From the NCBI GenBank assembly GCA_019057865.1, contig JAHLWP010000001.1:64001-128000 (forward strand): DNA of 64,000 nucleotides. The letters are read 5' to 3'. Positions 28,016-38,318 of the stretch are shown here, piece by piece. Source of the stretch: Promethearchaeota archaeon (lineage in GTDB: Archaea > Asgardarchaeota > Lokiarchaeia > Sigyniarchaeales > SOKP01). The notes under the pieces are model-generated. The model saw nothing but the letters and a program-made list of their open reading frames with translations, was not told the origin of the DNA and did not search any database. The stretch's first letter is position 1. Each line of letters begins with the position of its first letter. The translations under genes and the position numbers were made by a program.

Positions 28016-29365
28016 TTATTCTCCAAATTGTTCTATAATATTATAAATTTCTTCAATAAGATAAGTTAATTTAATAGTTTTTTGATCTTCAGTCTTCATA
28101 TTTCTAATTGTAACTTCATTTTTTTCCACTTCTTGAGGTCCCACGATTAATGTGATCAATACTCCAAGCTCGTTTGCTCTGCTTAATTGATTTTTTAAAT
28201 TTTTGAATCTGTAATCAATTAGACATGGAATTTCCTCATTACGCACAACTTCAGCTATTTTAAAGGAGTATATGAATACTTCTTCATTAATAGATGCAAT
28301 ATAAATTGTATCAGTATAATCTTTCTCTCTAACTTCTTCTGGAATTAAGTTATATGTTTTCAAGAATAAAGATAACATTAAAATACCCATCCCAAATCCA
28401 GTACCAGTTATTTTTTCATCTGAAAATAGTGATAATAAATCATCATATCGACCTCCTCCGAAAATACTTCTTATATTTTCCTTTCCTGTATCGAATACTT
28501 CATAGATAATTCCTGTATAGTAATCTAAACCTCTCACAGTACCAGAAGAAAAAGTACAATAATCTGAAATTTCTACTTCAGATAGTAATCTTTCAAAATC
28601 AATTAGTTCAAGATAACCTATAGAGTCATAAAATTCTTTAGGTATATTATCAAATTTCTCTAATAATTCGTTTACACTTTTCGAATCTTTTATTTTGAAT
28701 ATACCTTGTATAATCACTTCGTTCTTAAATGTATCAATTACATATTTCTCAAACTCATTCTCTTCCATTTTGTCTGATTTATCTAATACCTTGTAAACAA
28801 TTGGTATTTTATCTTCACTTATTTTAAGTATAAATTTAGAAAGTGAATCCATGAATCGTCGACTATTATAATAAATTTGAAATTGCTCTGATGTGGCTCC
28901 AAATTCAGTAAATATATCTACAATTATATTAAATATTTCAAGATCAGCGTAAAGGCTCTTTTCGCCAAGAATATCGAAATTGGGTTGTTTAAAGGACCTT
29001 TTCCTGCCTTTTTGAGGTCTTTCATAACGATAACAAGTTGGAACTGAAAACCATCTTATTGGTTTTTTTAGCTCTTGACTTTTTTTCGCTACCATTCGTG
29101 CCAAGGATGGTGTAAGCTCTGGAATCAGTATTAGTCTCTCTCCTTTTTTCTTTTCAACAATAAAAGATTGTTCGTTAACTAGTTCATCAGAAGATTTAGC
29201 AGCAAAAATTTCAATCGGTTCTAATAGTGGAGTTTCAAATTCTTCATAGCAATATCTCTCGGCCACATCTCTTATTGTTTCAATTATCCAATTAACTTCA
29301 CGTAAGTCAGACGGATAATAGTCTTCCATTCCACGAATTGGCTGTGTACTGAACTTTTTGGACAT
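28016..29365 (-). CDS. hisS: Histidine--tRNA ligase
   Basis: RGMEDY, PELTPSLAR, YRYERPQKGR, VRGLDYYTG, GGGRYD. Confidence 0.97.
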   Translation of the reverse strand: MSKKFSTQPIRGMEDYYPSDLREVNWIIETIRDVAERYCYEEFETPLLEPIEIFAAKSSDELVNEQSFIVEKKKGERLILIPELTPSLARMVAKKSQELKKPIRWFSVPTCYRYERPQKGRKRSFKQPNFDILGEKSLYADLEIFNIIVDIFTEFGATSEQFQIYYNSRRFMDSLSKFILKISEDKIPIVYKVLDKSDKMEENEFEKYVIDTFKNEVIIQGIFKIKDSKSVNELLEKFDNIPKEFYDSIGYLELIDFERLLSEVEISDYCTFSSGTVRGLDYYTGIIYEVFDTGKENIRSIFGGGRYDDLLSLFSDEKITGTGFGMGILMLSLFLKTYNLIPEEVREKDYTDTIYIASINEEVFIYSFKIAEVVRNEEIPCLIDYRFKNLKNQLSRANELGVLITLIVGPQEVEKNEVTIRNMKTEDQKTIKLTYLIEEIYNIIEQFGE

Positions 29366-29542
29366 CCAATCACTTAAACTAAGATTGTTTAGAATTAAAT
29401 TTAAAAAAGAACCTTCTCAAATATTTTTTTCGATTTATCAGTAATATTTTTCTTATTTTTTATATGTAATTTACTAAGCTTTTAATTATTATAAATAAAA
29501 TTTTTAAATAAATGAATAAATTACTGTTTAGGAGATATTATA

Positions 29543-30190
29543 ATGTCCCAAGAGGAAACCTATACAGAAATATGCTATGCTATTGTTAATTTAGATGAGG
29601 AAAAAGCTATAAATCTAGCCAAAAAGGCAGTTAATGAAGAGATAGATTTACTTAAAGTCATTGAGAATGGATATGCAGCTGGGATTCGACGAGTAGGAGA
29701 GTTATGGGAAGAAGGAGAATTTTTCTTACCAGAATTAATGAAGGGAGCACAGATTATGCAAAATTGCATGGACATCATTATTCCCCATCTCCAGAAGGGT
29801 TCAGAAAGAGTAAATCTTGGAACTGTGGTAATCGCAACGATTGAAGGTGATATCCATTCAATTGGGAAAACTATTGTTGCTACAATGTTAAGAGCTTATG
29901 GTTTTGAAGTTTTTGATTTAGGGGCAGATGTTTCAGCTGAAAAAATTATTGATATTGCGATTGAAAAGAATGCAGATATTATTGGTGTTTCAGCGCTCTT
30001 AACAACAACGATGATTGGTCAGAAAAAAATTATTGATCTTTTAAAGGAAAAAAATTTAACAGATAAGTTCAAGGTAATTTTTGGTGGCGCTCCAGTAACA
30101 ACTACATGGGTAGAAGAATGTAACGCTGACGGATTTGCTGACAATGCTATTGAAGCTGTCAAATTAGTTAAATCTCTTTTAAATAAATAA
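29543..30190 (+). CDS. Methyltransferase cognate corrinoid protein (MttC/MtbC-like)
   Basis: EFFLPELM cap, GDIHSIGK B12 motif, SALLTTTM, FGGAP. Confidence 0.92.
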   Translation: MSQEETYTEICYAIVNLDEEKAINLAKKAVNEEIDLLKVIENGYAAGIRRVGELWEEGEFFLPELMKGAQIMQNCMDIIIPHLQKGSERVNLGTVVIATIEGDIHSIGKTIVATMLRAYGFEVFDLGADVSAEKIIDIAIEKNADIIGVSALLTTTMIGQKKIIDLLKEKNLTDKFKVIFGGAPVTTTWVEECNADGFADNAIEAVKLVKSLLNK

Positions 30191-30220
30191 AAATTGAAGT
30201 TTTTAGAGAGTTAGATAAAA

Positions 30221-31099
30221 TTGTTATTTAATGAATGGTTAAAAGACAATTCTAAAATTATTCTATTTAATGGTGCTATGGGTACTGAATTAATTAAAAG
30301 AGGACTAACGCCTGGAAAAATCCCAGATTTAATGAACATCGAAAATCCTGATATGATTAATGATGTTCATAGATCCTATTATAAGGCAGGCTCTGATATG
30401 TGCCAAACGAATACTTTTGGTTCAACACCAATGAATTTGAAGCGATATAATCTAGAAGAGCGAATTGAAGAAATCGTTAAAAATGCATTAGAAAATATAA
30501 AAAAAGCATGCCCTGAAGGTCATTTAATTGTTGCAGATATTGGTCCTACTGGTGAATTTAGACCACCTGTAGGAAGTGCTACTCCTGAACAGTGGTATTC
30601 TAGTTTTTCTACTCAAGCAAAATTGTTAGAGAAAGGAGTTGATCTTTGGCATATTGAAACAATTTCCGATATTGAAGAGATGATAACAGCGATTGAAGCA
30701 ATTAGAGGTGTATCTCAAAAACCAATAATCGCTTCAATGACATATACAAAGACAAAAAGAGGATTTTTTACAATAATGGGTGATTCTTTGGAAAAATGCA
30801 TTCAATTATTAGAAAATGAAAAAATAGATGTGATTGGAGCGAATTGCACCAATGGTTCTAAAGAAATGGTTGAATTATTTAAAATTGCTGTTAATCTAAC
30901 TAATAAGCCGTTTTCAGTAAAACCTAATGCTGGACAACCAAGAATAAAGGGGGCAAGAACATACTATGAACAACTAATTGAGGATTTTGCCAAAGATATT
31001 TATGAAATGATACAGAACGGTGCTAAAATAGTAGGAGGATGTTGTGGGACATCTCCTCAAACAATTAAAGAACTTCGAAAAATTATTGATTCAATTTGA
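30221..31099 (+). CDS. Homocysteine S-methyltransferase domain (MetH N-terminal-like), stand-alone
   Basis: GAMGTEL, QTNTFG, IETIS, GANC, KPNAG, VGGCCGTSP. Confidence 0.92.
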   Translation: MLFNEWLKDNSKIILFNGAMGTELIKRGLTPGKIPDLMNIENPDMINDVHRSYYKAGSDMCQTNTFGSTPMNLKRYNLEERIEEIVKNALENIKKACPEGHLIVADIGPTGEFRPPVGSATPEQWYSSFSTQAKLLEKGVDLWHIETISDIEEMITAIEAIRGVSQKPIIASMTYTKTKRGFFTIMGDSLEKCIQLLENEKIDVIGANCTNGSKEMVELFKIAVNLTNKPFSVKPNAGQPRIKGARTYYEQLIEDFAKDIYEMIQNGAKIVGGCCGTSPQTIKELRKIIDSI

Positions 31100-31128
31100 A
31101 ATTAACCTGAGGAGGAGAAAATTTTATA

Positions 31129-32556
31129 ATGCCGATTATTAGACCAAAAATTAATCTATTAGATAATGAACATAAGAAATCAATTTTTACTGAAGCTAAA
31201 TTGATATTAGAGACTCAAGGTGTATTCCTTGAAAATCGAGAGGCAAAGGAGTTATTTAACCAGCATGAAATTGATTTTAAAGGTTCACGCTATTTTATTC
31301 CGCATGATTTAGTAGATAAATGTTTAGCCTCTGTACCTAGAGAAATAAGTTTATACGATAGAGAAGGGAATGAGCATATTCAATTAAAGAATGATCAAGT
31401 TCATTTTGATCCAGGTTCTGCTGCGATATTTATTCTTGATGAGAATACTGGAAAAATTAGAGAAGCCTTGTCGAGAGATTTTGTTCGCTTTTCAAAAGTG
31501 GTTGAGCATTTAAAATTTATTGAAGCTCAAAGTACGGCTTTAATTTATAAAGATGTTCCTAATGTAGCTCAGGACTGGCATCGATTATATATAGCTTTAT
31601 CTAATTGTTATAAACCGGTAGTAACCGGAACATTTCGTAAAGAAAGCTTTTCAATCATGCGGGAAATACTATTAGCCTGCAGACTATCTGAAGATGATTT
31701 AGCAAAAAAACCACTAGCTATCTTTGATGCATGCCCAAGTCCTCCTTTGAAGTGGTCTGATCTTACAACTCAATCTTTAATTGATGCAGCTAAAAGTATG
31801 ATACCATCTGAGTTTGTCTCGATGCCCTTAGCAGGTGCGAGCGCACCCATAACATTAATAGGATCCATCACACAACATTGTGCGGAATGTCTTGCTGGTG
31901 TTGTAATTGCTCAATTAACAAAGTATGGTGCACCCTTAGTATGGGGAGGTTCTCCGGCTGTATTTGATATGAAACAAGGAACAACTCCAATGGGTGCAAT
32001 CGAGACGATGATGATAAACATTGGAGATATTGAAATGGGAAAATTCTTGAATATGCCTACTCATGCATATATGGGTTTAAGTGATTCAAAAGTTCCTGAT
32101 AGCCAAGCAGGTTTTGAAGCAGGAATGGGAGCCCTTTTAGCAGCACTTGCTGGAAATAATATGGTTTCTGGTCCTGGGATGTTAGATTTTGAATCTACGC
32201 AAAGTATAGAAAAATTAATAATTGACAATGAAATTGTAGGAATGGTAAAACGTTTTATCCAAGGTATAGAGGATTATGGTTCTCCTTTTGCAGCCGAAAT
32301 TATAAAAGATTATGAAGAAACACAAGAATTATTATCTCATCCAACGACTTTAAAATATTTTAGAAAAGAACTCTTCTTACCAAGTCCTATTATAGATAGA
32401 ACAACTCGTGATACGTGGAAAGCATTAGGATCTAAATCTGCAAGAAAAAGAGCAAGAGAAGAAGCAGCTAAATTAGTAAAGAAAACACCAATAAAACCTA
32501 TTGATGATTCTCTTATTAAAGATTTAGATAAAATAGTAAAGAATGCATTAAAATAA
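31129..32556 (+). CDS. MttB-superfamily (non-pyrrolysine) methylamine/quaternary amine methyltransferase
   Basis: SPPLKW, MPLAGASAPITLIG, FDMKQG, GLSDSKVPDSQAGFE, GPGML; no in-frame TAG. Confidence 0.9.
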   Translation: MPIIRPKINLLDNEHKKSIFTEAKLILETQGVFLENREAKELFNQHEIDFKGSRYFIPHDLVDKCLASVPREISLYDREGNEHIQLKNDQVHFDPGSAAIFILDENTGKIREALSRDFVRFSKVVEHLKFIEAQSTALIYKDVPNVAQDWHRLYIALSNCYKPVVTGTFRKESFSIMREILLACRLSEDDLAKKPLAIFDACPSPPLKWSDLTTQSLIDAAKSMIPSEFVSMPLAGASAPITLIGSITQHCAECLAGVVIAQLTKYGAPLVWGGSPAVFDMKQGTTPMGAIETMMINIGDIEMGKFLNMPTHAYMGLSDSKVPDSQAGFEAGMGALLAALAGNNMVSGPGMLDFESTQSIEKLIIDNEIVGMVKRFIQGIEDYGSPFAAEIIKDYEETQELLSHPTTLKYFRKELFLPSPIIDRTTRDTWKALGSKSARKRAREEAAKLVKKTPIKPIDDSLIKDLDKIVKNALK

Positions 32557-32600
32557 CCTAATCTCGCTCATTTTTTACCGGAAACTTTAAAAGATGAGTG

Positions 32601-33320
32601 TTATTTAGAAATTCGAGCTAAATAATTTCCATTTTCTCCTTTATAGAGTATTTCACAGGACCAACCTGTATCCTGAGCACAATCTTTAAGAGTCTGAGGA
32701 TCAATATGTAGAAGTCTGAATTTTTCTCCTAAAACTCCTTTATATTCCATTTGAAGTCCAATTTCACCAAAATAACGCCCTAATTGACGGTTTCTCTCAT
32801 GATAAGCTAGGTGATCAGGATTAGTGGTCATTCGGACATCTAATGAATCTAATAAGACATGACCATCAGGATTTAGCAAAATCTTACAATAATTTAAAAA
32901 ATTTTTTAAACCTGATGGATCCTCAACAAACCCAATAGCTCGTCCCATTAGAAGGATGGTATCAAAAAATTTTTCATCCAGATCATAAACTGAGGTGCAT
33001 TTAACATTTTTGACCCCTCTCTTTTTCATAATTTCACAGGCATGAGGGGATATATCAATTGCTAATACTTTCAATCCTAAAGTTTGGAGTTCAAGGCTAT
33101 CTGGTCCTACTCCTGCACCTATATCTAATACTTTACCATTACATAACTCTAATGCATGGTGTTCAAGGGGGGAGAACTCTTTTCCGTTTCTAAAACAATG
33201 AGATACAAAATAATCATGTTTTAATCCATCATCTCGGTGGAATATTATTTTTGCATCTATTTTTCCTTCAAAATAATCTTTTAAAGCTAAACCAAAAGGT
33301 TCCATTGATTTGTTAGACAT
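32601..33320 (-). CDS. Class I SAM-dependent methyltransferase
   Basis: VLDIGAGVG, AIDIS, FDTILLMG. Confidence 0.88.
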   Translation of the reverse strand: MSNKSMEPFGLALKDYFEGKIDAKIIFHRDDGLKHDYFVSHCFRNGKEFSPLEHHALELCNGKVLDIGAGVGPDSLELQTLGLKVLAIDISPHACEIMKKRGVKNVKCTSVYDLDEKFFDTILLMGRAIGFVEDPSGLKNFLNYCKILLNPDGHVLLDSLDVRMTTNPDHLAYHERNRQLGRYFGEIGLQMEYKGVLGEKFRLLHIDPQTLKDCAQDTGWSCEILYKGENGNYLARISK

Positions 33321-33478
33321 AATATCATTTTTACCTCTAATAAATTAAAACATTCTAATTGCTATAATTTATTTTTTTTATCGGGAAAATTTTAGAAACA
33401 CTTAAAATAATTTAAATTGAAATTTATAACTATTAATATATTAGTTTATATAAATTAATTAATCGGTAAAATGAAAAA

Positions 33479-33751
33479 ATGCCAAAATTAATAGAGAATA
33501 AAGAGAAAAAGTTCACTCTTTTCTTAAATAAAGATAGATGTGGTGGTTGTAGAGCATGCATAGCTATATGTCCCACAGGCATTTTAGAACTTAGCGATGA
33601 ATTGAACTACAGGATTGCTTACGTTCCAAAAGTTAAAGAAGGCAAAGCAAAGTATTGTACAGGATGCAGAAGGTGTGAATATTGTTGTCCTGATTGGTGT
33701 ATCTATGTTTTAGAAGAAGAGGAAATTCTAGCTGAAAGAGCTAAGACTTAA
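33479..33751 (+). CDS. 2-oxoacid:ferredoxin oxidoreductase delta (ferredoxin) subunit
   Basis: CGGCRACIAICP, CTGCRRCEYCCPD; first gene of the operon. Confidence 0.88.
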   Translation: MPKLIENKEKKFTLFLNKDRCGGCRACIAICPTGILELSDELNYRIAYVPKVKEGKAKYCTGCRRCEYCCPDWCIYVLEEEEILAERAKT

Positions 33752-33755
33752 AGAG

Positions 33756-34937
33756 GTGAATAAAACGAATATAAGAAATAATAAAAGATATTTACCAGAA
33801 GGTAAATATGTAATGATGGGAAATGTTGCAATGGCAGAAGGCGCATTAGCTGCTGGGCTGAGTTTTTTTGGAGGTTATCCTATAACTCCTTCAACTGAGG
33901 TCATAGAACATCTTTCCAAGCGGTTGTTAGAGGTTGGAGGAAGTTGTATGCAAATGGAAGATGAATTGGGATCAATAAACGCTGTCATCGGGGCTTCTTT
34001 AGTAGGAGCAAAAGCAATGACTGCTACTTCTGGACCAGGTCTTTCTTTGATGGTTGAAACAATTTCTATGGCAGCAAATCTTGAAATTCCATTTGTTTTA
34101 TGTGATGTTCAGCGAATTGGTCCCGGTAGTCACGGACCCGTAACTGCTCCACATCACAATGATTTAGGACTGATACGCTTTGCTGGTCATGGGGAATTTC
34201 AAGTTATTGCATTAGCACCAATGAACTGCCAAGAACTCTTTGATTTAACAATAGAAGCTTTTAATTTGGCTGAAACTTATCGATGTCCTGTTTTTATTCT
34301 CTCTGATGCCTATTTAGGACATCTTCATGAACCTATTTATATTCCACCAAAAGAAGAAATAATAACAAGAGTTATTAATCGTGAATTACCTCAAGATTAT
34401 ACTAAAAAGTTCTCTTACAAGGATGATAGTACTGGGGAATATATTATCCCAAAACCTCCAATAATCGGTACAGATTATTTTCCACTAATGACTCTTCATC
34501 TACCTCATAATTCTGAAGGTCTTCCAGGAGTTAGTGCATTACAATTCATGGAAATGCTCATTGAAAAGATTAAAACTAATATAGATAAGATTTCTATAAC
34601 CGATGAATATAAATTAGACGATGTAGATATAGTTATCATTGCATATGGTCTACCAGTAAGAGCATGTTATCATGCAGTTGATATAGCCCGGAAGGAAGGA
34701 ATAAAAGTTGGAATATTTAGATTAGTAACAGTATGGCCATTTCCAGATGAAAAAGTAAAGAATGTAGTCAAAAATGCCAGAGCAGTTATTGTGCCAGAGT
34801 TAAATTACACAGGATTCATTGCTGAACAAGTAGAAAGAGTAACTAAACTTGAAACTCCAATAATAAAAATTCCCAAAGTAGGTGTATTACACCATCCAGA
34901 TGATATATTGAAAGTTATAAGAGAGGTGTCAAAATAA
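33756..34937 (+). CDS. 2-oxoacid:ferredoxin oxidoreductase alpha subunit
   Basis: GYPITPSTE, QMEDE, TATSGPG, VWPFP. Confidence 0.93.
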   Translation: MNKTNIRNNKRYLPEGKYVMMGNVAMAEGALAAGLSFFGGYPITPSTEVIEHLSKRLLEVGGSCMQMEDELGSINAVIGASLVGAKAMTATSGPGLSLMVETISMAANLEIPFVLCDVQRIGPGSHGPVTAPHHNDLGLIRFAGHGEFQVIALAPMNCQELFDLTIEAFNLAETYRCPVFILSDAYLGHLHEPIYIPPKEEIITRVINRELPQDYTKKFSYKDDSTGEYIIPKPPIIGTDYFPLMTLHLPHNSEGLPGVSALQFMEMLIEKIKTNIDKISITDEYKLDDVDIVIIAYGLPVRACYHAVDIARKEGIKVGIFRLVTVWPFPDEKVKNVVKNARAVIVPELNYTGFIAEQVERVTKLETPIIKIPKVGVLHHPDDILKVIREVSK

Positions 34938-35854
34938 TGTCAGGTATGGGTCCAATGTATCCAAAAGAAAAACCTGATCATCCTTATGTCCAATTCTCCA
35001 CGGGAGGATATCTTTTTGGTAATTATAACTCTCTTTTTTGTGCAGGATGTGGTTATGGTATTATAGGGCATATTTTTACTCGTGTATTTGAAGATGAAAA
35101 AATAGAACCAAAATTATTCCCATTAATTATTGGAATTGGTTGTTATACTCAATTAGTAACATTAGTACATCATACTTCTCAAAAATTTTTTGCACTTCAT
35201 GGTCGAGCACCAGCAGTAGCTACAGGGATGAAAATGGCGAATCCTAAATTAAAACCTATTATATTTTCTGGTGATGGAGATTGTTTCGGAATTGGTGGAA
35301 ACCATTTTATCCATATTTGTCGTAGAAATCTTGATTGTGTTATATTTATTTTTAATAATAGTATTTATGGTATGACTGGAGGTCAAGCTGCTCCAACAAC
35401 CTTGTATGGTGCAGAAAGCACAACTACACCATATAAGATGTTTGAAAACAGAACTGATGGTGTAAAACTAGCTTTAGCTGCTGGTGCAACATATATTGCA
35501 AGAACAACGGTAGCACATCCACGAACACTTATGAAATATTTTAGAAAAGCCTTAAAACATAAAGGTACTTCTGTAATTGAAGTAATAACTCCGTGTGTTA
35601 CTTACTTTGGAAGGAAAAATTTAGATCGTTTAGGAGTTGAATATTTAGATATAATAGGTGAAAAAATGGATAATACAGGAAGAATGCTAGATTGGATAAA
35701 AAGGATCAGTGTACGTATCAATCAAGCAAAATTCATGACAGAAGAAGAATTATTCAATAATTATATTATTGGAGAATTCAGATATGACCCTAATAAACCA
35801 GAATATTCTGAAGAATATGCTAAAATTCAAAAAATCGCAATGGAGGAAAAGTAA
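34937..35854 (+). CDS. 2-oxoacid:ferredoxin oxidoreductase beta (TPP-binding) subunit
   Basis: FCAGCG, GIGC, LHGRA, GDGD...NNSIYGMTGGQ, PCVT. Confidence 0.93.
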   Translation: MSGMGPMYPKEKPDHPYVQFSTGGYLFGNYNSLFCAGCGYGIIGHIFTRVFEDEKIEPKLFPLIIGIGCYTQLVTLVHHTSQKFFALHGRAPAVATGMKMANPKLKPIIFSGDGDCFGIGGNHFIHICRRNLDCVIFIFNNSIYGMTGGQAAPTTLYGAESTTTPYKMFENRTDGVKLALAAGATYIARTTVAHPRTLMKYFRKALKHKGTSVIEVITPCVTYFGRKNLDRLGVEYLDIIGEKMDNTGRMLDWIKRISVRINQAKFMTEEELFNNYIIGEFRYDPNKPEYSEEYAKIQKIAMEEK

Positions 35855-35857
35855 AAA

Positions 35858-36457
35858 GTGACTCGATATGAAGTCCGAATTTCTGGTTTTGGAGGTCAAG
35901 GTGTCATCACTCTTAGTAAGATGATAATTACAGCAAGTTCTTTATATGAAAATCTAGCAGCAACTCAAACAGAGGCTTATTCTTCTTCAGCTCGAGGAGG
36001 AAGATGCTGGGCAGAGGTAGTAATTGATTTAGATAAAGAAGTTAAAATAATTAATTACCCTAAAGCCTTAAAACCATATGATTTTCTAATAATTCTCTCT
36101 GAAGAATCCGCTAATCTCATTAAACCAGAACATATTAAAAAAGACGAAAGTACAGGATTTTTAATATGGGACCCATCAACAATCAAAAAATTTAGAGCTG
36201 TAAGAAGGATCGATAAAGCATTAAGTATTCCAGCTCAGAAGATAGCGGTTGAGAATTTTGGAAATATCGTTTTTGGAAATTCTATTCTTTTTGGGGCATT
36301 TACTATCCTTTCTGGATTTATTTCTGAAGAATCTGCTATTGAAACTATTAAAAATTTCGTGCCAAGTTCTACATTAGATAAAAATTTGGAAGCATTTGAA
36401 TTGGGGAAAAAAGAAGCTCAAGATTTTTTAAAACAATTAAAAGAGGGTAATGATTAA
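35858..36457 (+). CDS. 2-oxoacid:ferredoxin oxidoreductase gamma subunit
   Basis: GFGGQGVI, ARGG, NLEAFELG. Confidence 0.9.
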   Translation: MTRYEVRISGFGGQGVITLSKMIITASSLYENLAATQTEAYSSSARGGRCWAEVVIDLDKEVKIINYPKALKPYDFLIILSEESANLIKPEHIKKDESTGFLIWDPSTIKKFRAVRRIDKALSIPAQKIAVENFGNIVFGNSILFGAFTILSGFISEESAIETIKNFVPSSTLDKNLEAFELGKKEAQDFLKQLKEGND

Positions 36458-38276
36458 AATGTTCATTGAGAAATTCCAAAAAGGGTGGCAAGAATTAGAT
36501 TCTGAAATTATAAAATCAGGTAAATGCCTATATTGTGGGGCTTGTGGAGCATTTTGTAGTAATATAAAATTTGATAGTGAAAAAGAAATACCTGTTGAAG
36601 ATGGTTCTTGTAAAGATGTAAGTACCTGTCGGGATGGTTTTGGACTATGTTATAATATATGTCCTAAAACTGGAACTGATCAGATTCCATTATCATTATT
36701 AGATAAATGGGTATTTGCAAAAGAACAAGAGAAAATTCTAGGGCACTATATTGAAATTTTTTCTTCAAGAATAACAGATTCAGCGCGCGAGAAAATGCCT
36801 ATGGAAGCTGGACCATTAACAGCATTATTATGGATTGCAATGGAGAATAAACTAATAGATTCAGCAATTATTACTGATAAGGATGAAAATTTTAACCCTT
36901 TTCCTATTATTGCTTCGAATCAAAATGAGTTATTTAAGGGAATTGGGTATAAACCAAGCCAGAATCCAATACTTTCATTAATAGGCGAAGCGATAAATAA
37001 AGAATTTATAGATATTGCTGTTGTAGGAACTCCATGTCAGATTCAAGGTTTAAAAAAATTACAAAATCATCCAAGATTTGATTATGAAGCATATGATTTG
37101 ATTTCATTAGCAATTGGAACTTTTTGTTTTGGCACATTTCATAATCAAAAATTATTAGAATATTATAAGGAGTTTAATATAAATTCAAGTGAAATCCAAA
37201 GGATTTTTACTGATAGAAATAATTTCAAATTGAAGATTAGGACAAATTCAAAAACCTATGAAATTCCTTATAATCATTTATATGATAAAGCTATAAGAAA
37301 TGCTTGTTTTGCTTGTTCTGATTATACTGCCTCATTTGCAGATATTTCTGTAGGTGAAATAGGTAGTGAAAGTGAATGGAAAACCGTTATAATTAGAACC
37401 CCAAGGGGAAAAGAAATTTTTGATCTTGCTGTTAACCATGGAATTCTTGAAGTAAAACCTCTGGAAAAAGATAATGAAGAATTGATAATAGATTTAACTA
37501 GGAATAAAACAGAAATTGTAACTATTGAATCAATAATAGAGCACTCTTCTGAGATTAAGAGTTTTTATTTTAGGAATCCTAGAATTGCTACAGCTTATAG
37601 ACCAGGAAATTTTGTTATTCTCTGGTTACCTGATGTCGACTTTTTGCCAATGTCAATCTCTAATGTTGATGGTAACTTAATTGAAATAACCGTACAAAAA
37701 ATTGGAGAAGGAACATCTAAATTATTTGAAAAAAATATAGGTGATAAGATTGGTATAAGAGGTCCATTTGGCAATTCATGGAATTATGAAGATGCTTCGA
37801 ATATACTTATAGTTGGTGGAGGTATGGGAATTGCTGCTCTTACTTCATTGATTGAACCATTAAAACAAAATAAGAAAAATATTTTTGTGGCAATTGGAGC
37901 GAAAGATGAACCTTCCTTAATTCTTGTTGATAGGTTAATTGATCTAATTCCTAATACTTTATGCAGTACTGATGATGGATCAGTAGGAAGAAAATGTTTT
38001 GTCACTGATACAATCGAAGAGATCATTAAGAAAGAAAAGATCGATTTAATTTTAACATGTGGTCCAGAAGTTATGATGAAACGAGTACTTGAGATTGCAG
38101 AATCTTATAATGTTGAGATTCAAGCATCATTAGAGAGAAAAATGAAATGTGGAATTGGTTTATGCGGTTCATGTTGTCTTGGCACAGATAATAATATTTC
38201 TGTTTGTAAAGACGGTCCAATATTTAATTCAAAACAATTGAAAGAATTTTTTAGGTTTGGAACGTATATTAAGTGA
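36450..38276 (+). CDS. FrhB/FdhB-like (F420-binding) domain fused to a PyrK-like FAD/NAD/[2Fe-2S] electron-transfer domain
   Basis: N-terminal CLYCGACGAFC, VGTPCQ, IGTFC, ACFACSDYTASFADISVG; C-terminal IRGPFGN, VGGGMG, TCGPEVMM, ERKMKCGIGLCGSC...CKDGP. Confidence 0.85.
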   Translation: MIKMFIEKFQKGWQELDSEIIKSGKCLYCGACGAFCSNIKFDSEKEIPVEDGSCKDVSTCRDGFGLCYNICPKTGTDQIPLSLLDKWVFAKEQEKILGHYIEIFSSRITDSAREKMPMEAGPLTALLWIAMENKLIDSAIITDKDENFNPFPIIASNQNELFKGIGYKPSQNPILSLIGEAINKEFIDIAVVGTPCQIQGLKKLQNHPRFDYEAYDLISLAIGTFCFGTFHNQKLLEYYKEFNINSSEIQRIFTDRNNFKLKIRTNSKTYEIPYNHLYDKAIRNACFACSDYTASFADISVGEIGSESEWKTVIIRTPRGKEIFDLAVNHGILEVKPLEKDNEELIIDLTRNKTEIVTIESIIEHSSEIKSFYFRNPRIATAYRPGNFVILWLPDVDFLPMSISNVDGNLIEITVQKIGEGTSKLFEKNIGDKIGIRGPFGNSWNYEDASNILIVGGGMGIAALTSLIEPLKQNKKNIFVAIGAKDEPSLILVDRLIDLIPNTLCSTDDGSVGRKCFVTDTIEEIIKKEKIDLILTCGPEVMMKRVLEIAESYNVEIQASLERKMKCGIGLCGSCCLGTDNNISVCKDGPIFNSKQLKEFFRFGTYIK

Positions 38277-38318
38277 CTAAAAATAAGATAAATCGAACTT
38301 ATTTGGAAATTCTTTTTT

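Noticed and set aside
31129-32556. Pyrrolysine in MttB
   Set aside because: No in-frame TAG; Leu occupies the expected region (GLSDSK).
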